Source: the human T2T-CHM13v2.0 reference genome, Homo sapiens
Assembly (NCBI RefSeq): GCF_009914755.1
Contig: NC_060943.1
Length of the DNA: 64,000 bases
Reading direction: 5' to 3' (one strand)
Shown: positions 53,982-64,000 of the stretch, in pieces
Layout of the letters: each line of letters opens with the position of its first letter
Position numbering within the stretch: the first letter of the stretch is position 1
The notes under the pieces: generated by a model
The model's database searches: none
What the model was told of the DNA's origin: nothing
What the model saw: the letters and a program-made list of their open reading frames with translations, nothing else
Made by a program: the position numbers and the translations under genes

Positions 53982-55229
53982 ATGGCCCCCAGCCACCTGT
54001 CAGTGCGGGAGATGAGGGAAGATGAGAAGCCCCTGGTGCTGGAGATGCTGAAGGTGAGAGGCAGGGGCCCCAGGGGGCCTGGGAGTGGCTGCAGTGGGGG
54101 AATTGCAAGTGGATTCAGCCACCCCCTCCCACCCACCTGAGCCAGCCTGGACCCCTGGAGCGGGATCTTTTCCTCCTGAGCCTCAGCCGCCCTGCTGCTG
54201 AAAACCACAGCAGGTGTGGCAGGTGGGGGCTCACCCCCCCAGCCCTACTGGGACCCCAGCACCAACGCCCTCCCTGGTCTCCCATCTCCAGTCGGCTGTG
54301 CACGCCAGCACAACAGCCAGCTCTGTGCCTCGGACCCCAACTCTTCAAAGCACAGCCCAGCACCCCAACCTAGCCCAGCAGCCTCCCTCCAGCCTCCACT
54401 CCAGCCTGAGGCAACCTCCCTGTCCTTACTTCCCTGGGGCCTCACTGCGGCATTGCTACTGAATTGAGTGCCCCCACAGCTCCTAATTCACTCATCCATC
54501 CATCATTCGCTCTCGTTCATTCATTCACTCCATACCCAGTGTGCCACACTGAACATCGGACTGTGCTGCCTTCCCTTCCCATTTGGGAGCTCTCACCCCG
54601 CCCCGGGCAGGGTCTACCTCCTCTCTTTGTCCAGGAGGCCCTAGCGTTTCGGATGGCTGAGCCACCCCTCCTGCCCACAGGCCGGCGTGAAGGACACGGA
54701 AAACCGCGTGGCCCTCCATGCCTTGACACGGCCGCCGGCCCTGCTCCTCCTGGCGGCGGCCAGCAGCGGCCTGCGCTTTGTCCTGGCTTCCTTCGCCCTG
54801 GCCCTCCTCCTGCCGGTGTTCCTGGCTGTGGCCGCCGTGAAGCTGGGCCTGCGGGCCCGATGGGGCTCGCTGCCTCCGCCGGGTGGCCTGGGGGGCCCCT
54901 GGGTGGCCGTGCGGGGCTCCGGTGACGTGTGTGGGGTCCTGGCTCTGGCCCCTGGCACAAATGCAGGGGACGGGGCCCGGGTCACCCGCCTGTCTGTCTC
55001 TCGCTGGCACCGCCGCCGGGGCGTGGGCAGGAGGCTGCTGGCCTTCGCGGAGGCCCGGGCTCGGGCCTGGGCTGGGGGCATGGGGGAGCCCCGGGCCCGG
55101 CTCGTGGTCCCCGTGGCTGTGGCCGCCTGGGGGGTGGGAGGGATGCTGGAGGGCTGTGGCTACCAGGCCGAGGGGGGCTGGGGCTGCCTGGGCTACACGC
55201 TGGTGAGGGAATTCAGCAAAGACCTGTGA
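53982..55229 (+). CDS. NAT14: Probable N-acetyltransferase 14 (GNAT fold with hydrophobic insertion); join(53982-54053, 54681-55229), 206 aa
   Basis: GCCATGG start, then MAPSHLSVREMREDEKPLVLEMLK|AGVKDTENR..., a hydrophobic segment, and acetyl-CoA motif A RLSVSRWHRRRGVG. The intron is phase 0 and GT-AG. Confidence 0.96.
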
Positions 55230-55821
55230 AGCTACAGACTGACAGCCAGGGCAGGGGAGGAGGGAGGGGCGCCAGCACCTGATGATCGCCTACTGTCTGC
55301 GGGTTCTTTTACCTGCTCTCCCTCAGTGAGTCCTCAACCACCCTGGGCCCAGAAACAGAGGCCTGCCGAGGGGAGGAGCCTGGCCTCTGTCCACCCGTCA
55401 GCAGTGTGAAGTCTGTAGTGTTTGAGCTTCTCAGAGTGGAATGACTCCTTTTCCTTCCTGGCCCTCGGGGGCCTCTCGAGGTCAGCCTCTCCAACCCCTA
55501 CCTCAGCTCCTGTCTGCACTGAGAAACCTCCCCGGGTGATGTCTGCAAAGTCTGTGCTGTCCGTGCCCCAGGCTGGGAGAGCTATCTGGGGAGGGGGAGA
55601 GGAGGCCGAGCAGAATACACCCCAGAGTTAGGGTTTGCGACTCCGCCTCCCTGGGACCTGGATTGGGTCAGATGCCTGTCCTTGGAGGGGACAAGGTTGA
55701 CTGCTTAGGAGGCGCGACGCACAGGGCTGCCAGGCCTGGCCCCTCTCTGGGAAGGTTGAGAGCTGAGACGGGCAGCCCTGTCCCTTCCTCCAGATCCGTC
55801 TGGTTTTTTACACCGTTTGTT

Positions 55822-55827
55822 AATAAA
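55822..55827 (+). terminator. NAT14: NAT14 polyadenylation signal AATAAA
   Basis: AATAAA about 590 nt after the stop, with a downstream GT/CT-rich tract. Confidence 0.8.
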
Positions 55828-56862
55828 GCCTGAAACCGCTGTGTGCCTGTCTCTTCTCTGATGGCTTTCCCAGTCTGTCTCCGGACACCCCCGCCCATTT
55901 CTGTCTGGCTTCTCCTTTCCCCAGTTAACATTAATTGTTGGGGGACGGTGCTGGACTGGGAGAAGGGGAGGCTGTGAGCTCAGGGGCAGCCCGAGGCCCT
56001 GCCAGCCCTTCTGAGTCACGCTCCCCATTACCGAATTTTTTCCGCCTCACAGCTGCCTGGTGTGCAGGCAGTGGGGTGTGTGTGTGTGTGTGTGAGTGTG
56101 TGGAAGAGTGTGTGGAGCCCCTCCCCTTCCCAAGCCTTGACCCTTGTGCTGCTTATCCCCCGACCCCAGCTCCCTCTGGGACAGTGAAGTTCAACCTCTC
56201 CTCTCTCAGCTGGGGACTGGGGGCTTCACACTCAGATCCACCAGTGAGTGGGAGGACTGGAGGGCCGGGTCTTTCAGTCTCTTTTCCTAACCCAGGAAGT
56301 CCCTCCTGGTGTCTGGCTGCAAATCTTCTTGCTGCTGCACCAAGAACCCCAGGTCTGCCCAGCCCCCAACCCTAGCAGTGGTCTCACTGGATTTCCCTGA
56401 CCAGACAAGAGGGGAGACAGCAGGTGGGCGCCCCTCCCGCTCATGCTGCGCCCCCCCCGCACACGTCCCCCAACCCCTGTCCTGTGCCTTCCTGCAGCCG
56501 GCCACCCCCTAAGCATCTCTGGGCACAGCACTTTGCTGGCTGGAGCCTGCCTGGCCGTCGTCTCCATCTCCCGTGTGGGTGTCTGCAGTTGGACACCCTC
56601 CCTCCCGCCCGCCACCCCCCTCCCCCCCATGCCTCAGCAGACGGCCAGCCCCCTCCCGCCCCCCCTCCCCCCCACCGTCCCCTGCCGCCTCCCTGCAGCC
56701 TCTTTCTTCCTCCTGGCAAAGCGTCCAGCCCTGCCTGCTCCTCCTCGGGCCTGGGCGCCTCCAGCAGGCACTTCCCTCCCTCCCTCTCTCCCCAGCTGCC
56801 TCCTCCTCTTCTCTCCCCGCTCTCCTTCCCCTTTCACCCCATCCCCTGCCCTGGCTGCAACC

Positions 56863-63224
<6,362 letters not shown>

Positions 63225-63653
63225 GTGAGTCCCTCCATGCTCCCCAAGAAAACAGGGTCCTTCCTTCTGTTTCCTTCCCTCAGCTCTGAGACTGTCTCAT
63301 GGGGGGCCTCTTGCAAAGAGAAAGGTGGAGAAGAGGAGCACAGGGGCCTCGCCCAGGACACTGAGCTGGGTTCAATGCTCTGCTGTTGCGTCTGGGAGCG
63401 TGTGATAATTCTTGAACAAGGGGTCCTAACTTTCGTCATTTACCAAGCCCCCAAAATTCTGTAGCCAGTCCTGGATAAGAGAAAGGATGCTGGGCTGAGA
63501 GTCTGCTCTATTCCCAAGCTGCACGGTGTGGCTGTAGGATCCATCATGGGGTACTCAGGCCAGCTTCAAGGAACAGCCCTGCTCAAACATTACCTTTACT
63601 TTCCAGAGTCTCTGGTTCTTTAGCAAATGTGATCAATGGTTCTGCCTGCCTCC

Positions 63654-63706
<53 letters not shown>

Positions 63707-64000
63707 TTTTGAGAGTGGATTTAATTCTGTCACTCAGGCTGGAATGCAGTGGTGTGATCATGGCTCACTGAAGCCTCAACCTCTCAACCTGCAGGCTCAA
63801 GTGATCCTCCCACCTCAGCTTCCCAAGTAGCTGGGACTACTAATTTTTTGTATTTTTTTTTTTTGCAGAGATGGGGTTTGCCATGTTGCCTAGGCTGGTC
63901 TTGAACTCCTGATCCCAAACCATCTGCCTGCCTCGGCCTCCCAAAGTGCTGGGATTAGAGGCGTGAGCCACCGTGCCTGGTCTCTTTCATGAGTATTGAA

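Noticed and set aside
55326-55331. GTGAGT donor-like site in the NAT14 3'UTR, suggesting a NAT14-SSC5D chimera
   Set aside because: It lies after the stop, and the NAT14 phase-0 junction is incompatible with the phase-1 SSC5D exons; a single hexamer is weak evidence.

Overview
Human genomic DNA: GC-rich, Alu-dense, and with a gene order I recognise as chr19q13.42. Six spliced protein-coding genes can be rebuilt with GT-AG junctions and consistent reading frames. On the minus strand: SHISA7 (538 aa; 3'UTR runs off the left edge), ISOC2 (205 aa) and C19orf85 (222 aa). On the plus strand: ZNF628 (1059 aa), NAT14 (206 aa) and the first eight exons of SSC5D (runs off the right edge). The rest is Alu, L1, L2, MIR, MER20 and LTR sequence plus many VNTRs. 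No RNA genes, CRISPR arrays or prokaryotic systems are evident, and I see no wholly new gene. The best leads are hidden features of known genes. (1) The orphan C19orf85 carries a FAM181-like N-terminal motif behind a homeodomain-site-rich TATA-like promoter. (2) SHISA7 has an intact extra 66-nt in-frame cassette exon and signals for a distal non-coding first exon. That first exon would put two long, mutually complementary UG/CA tracts on either side of the first coding exons. (3) ZNF628 has an overlapping out-of-frame uORF, a duplicated zinc-finger array, a possible self-binding site and a TTAAAGG cluster. (4) RFX X-boxes recur around SHISA7 and NAT14. Repeat subfamily names and repeat boundaries are by eye and approximate.
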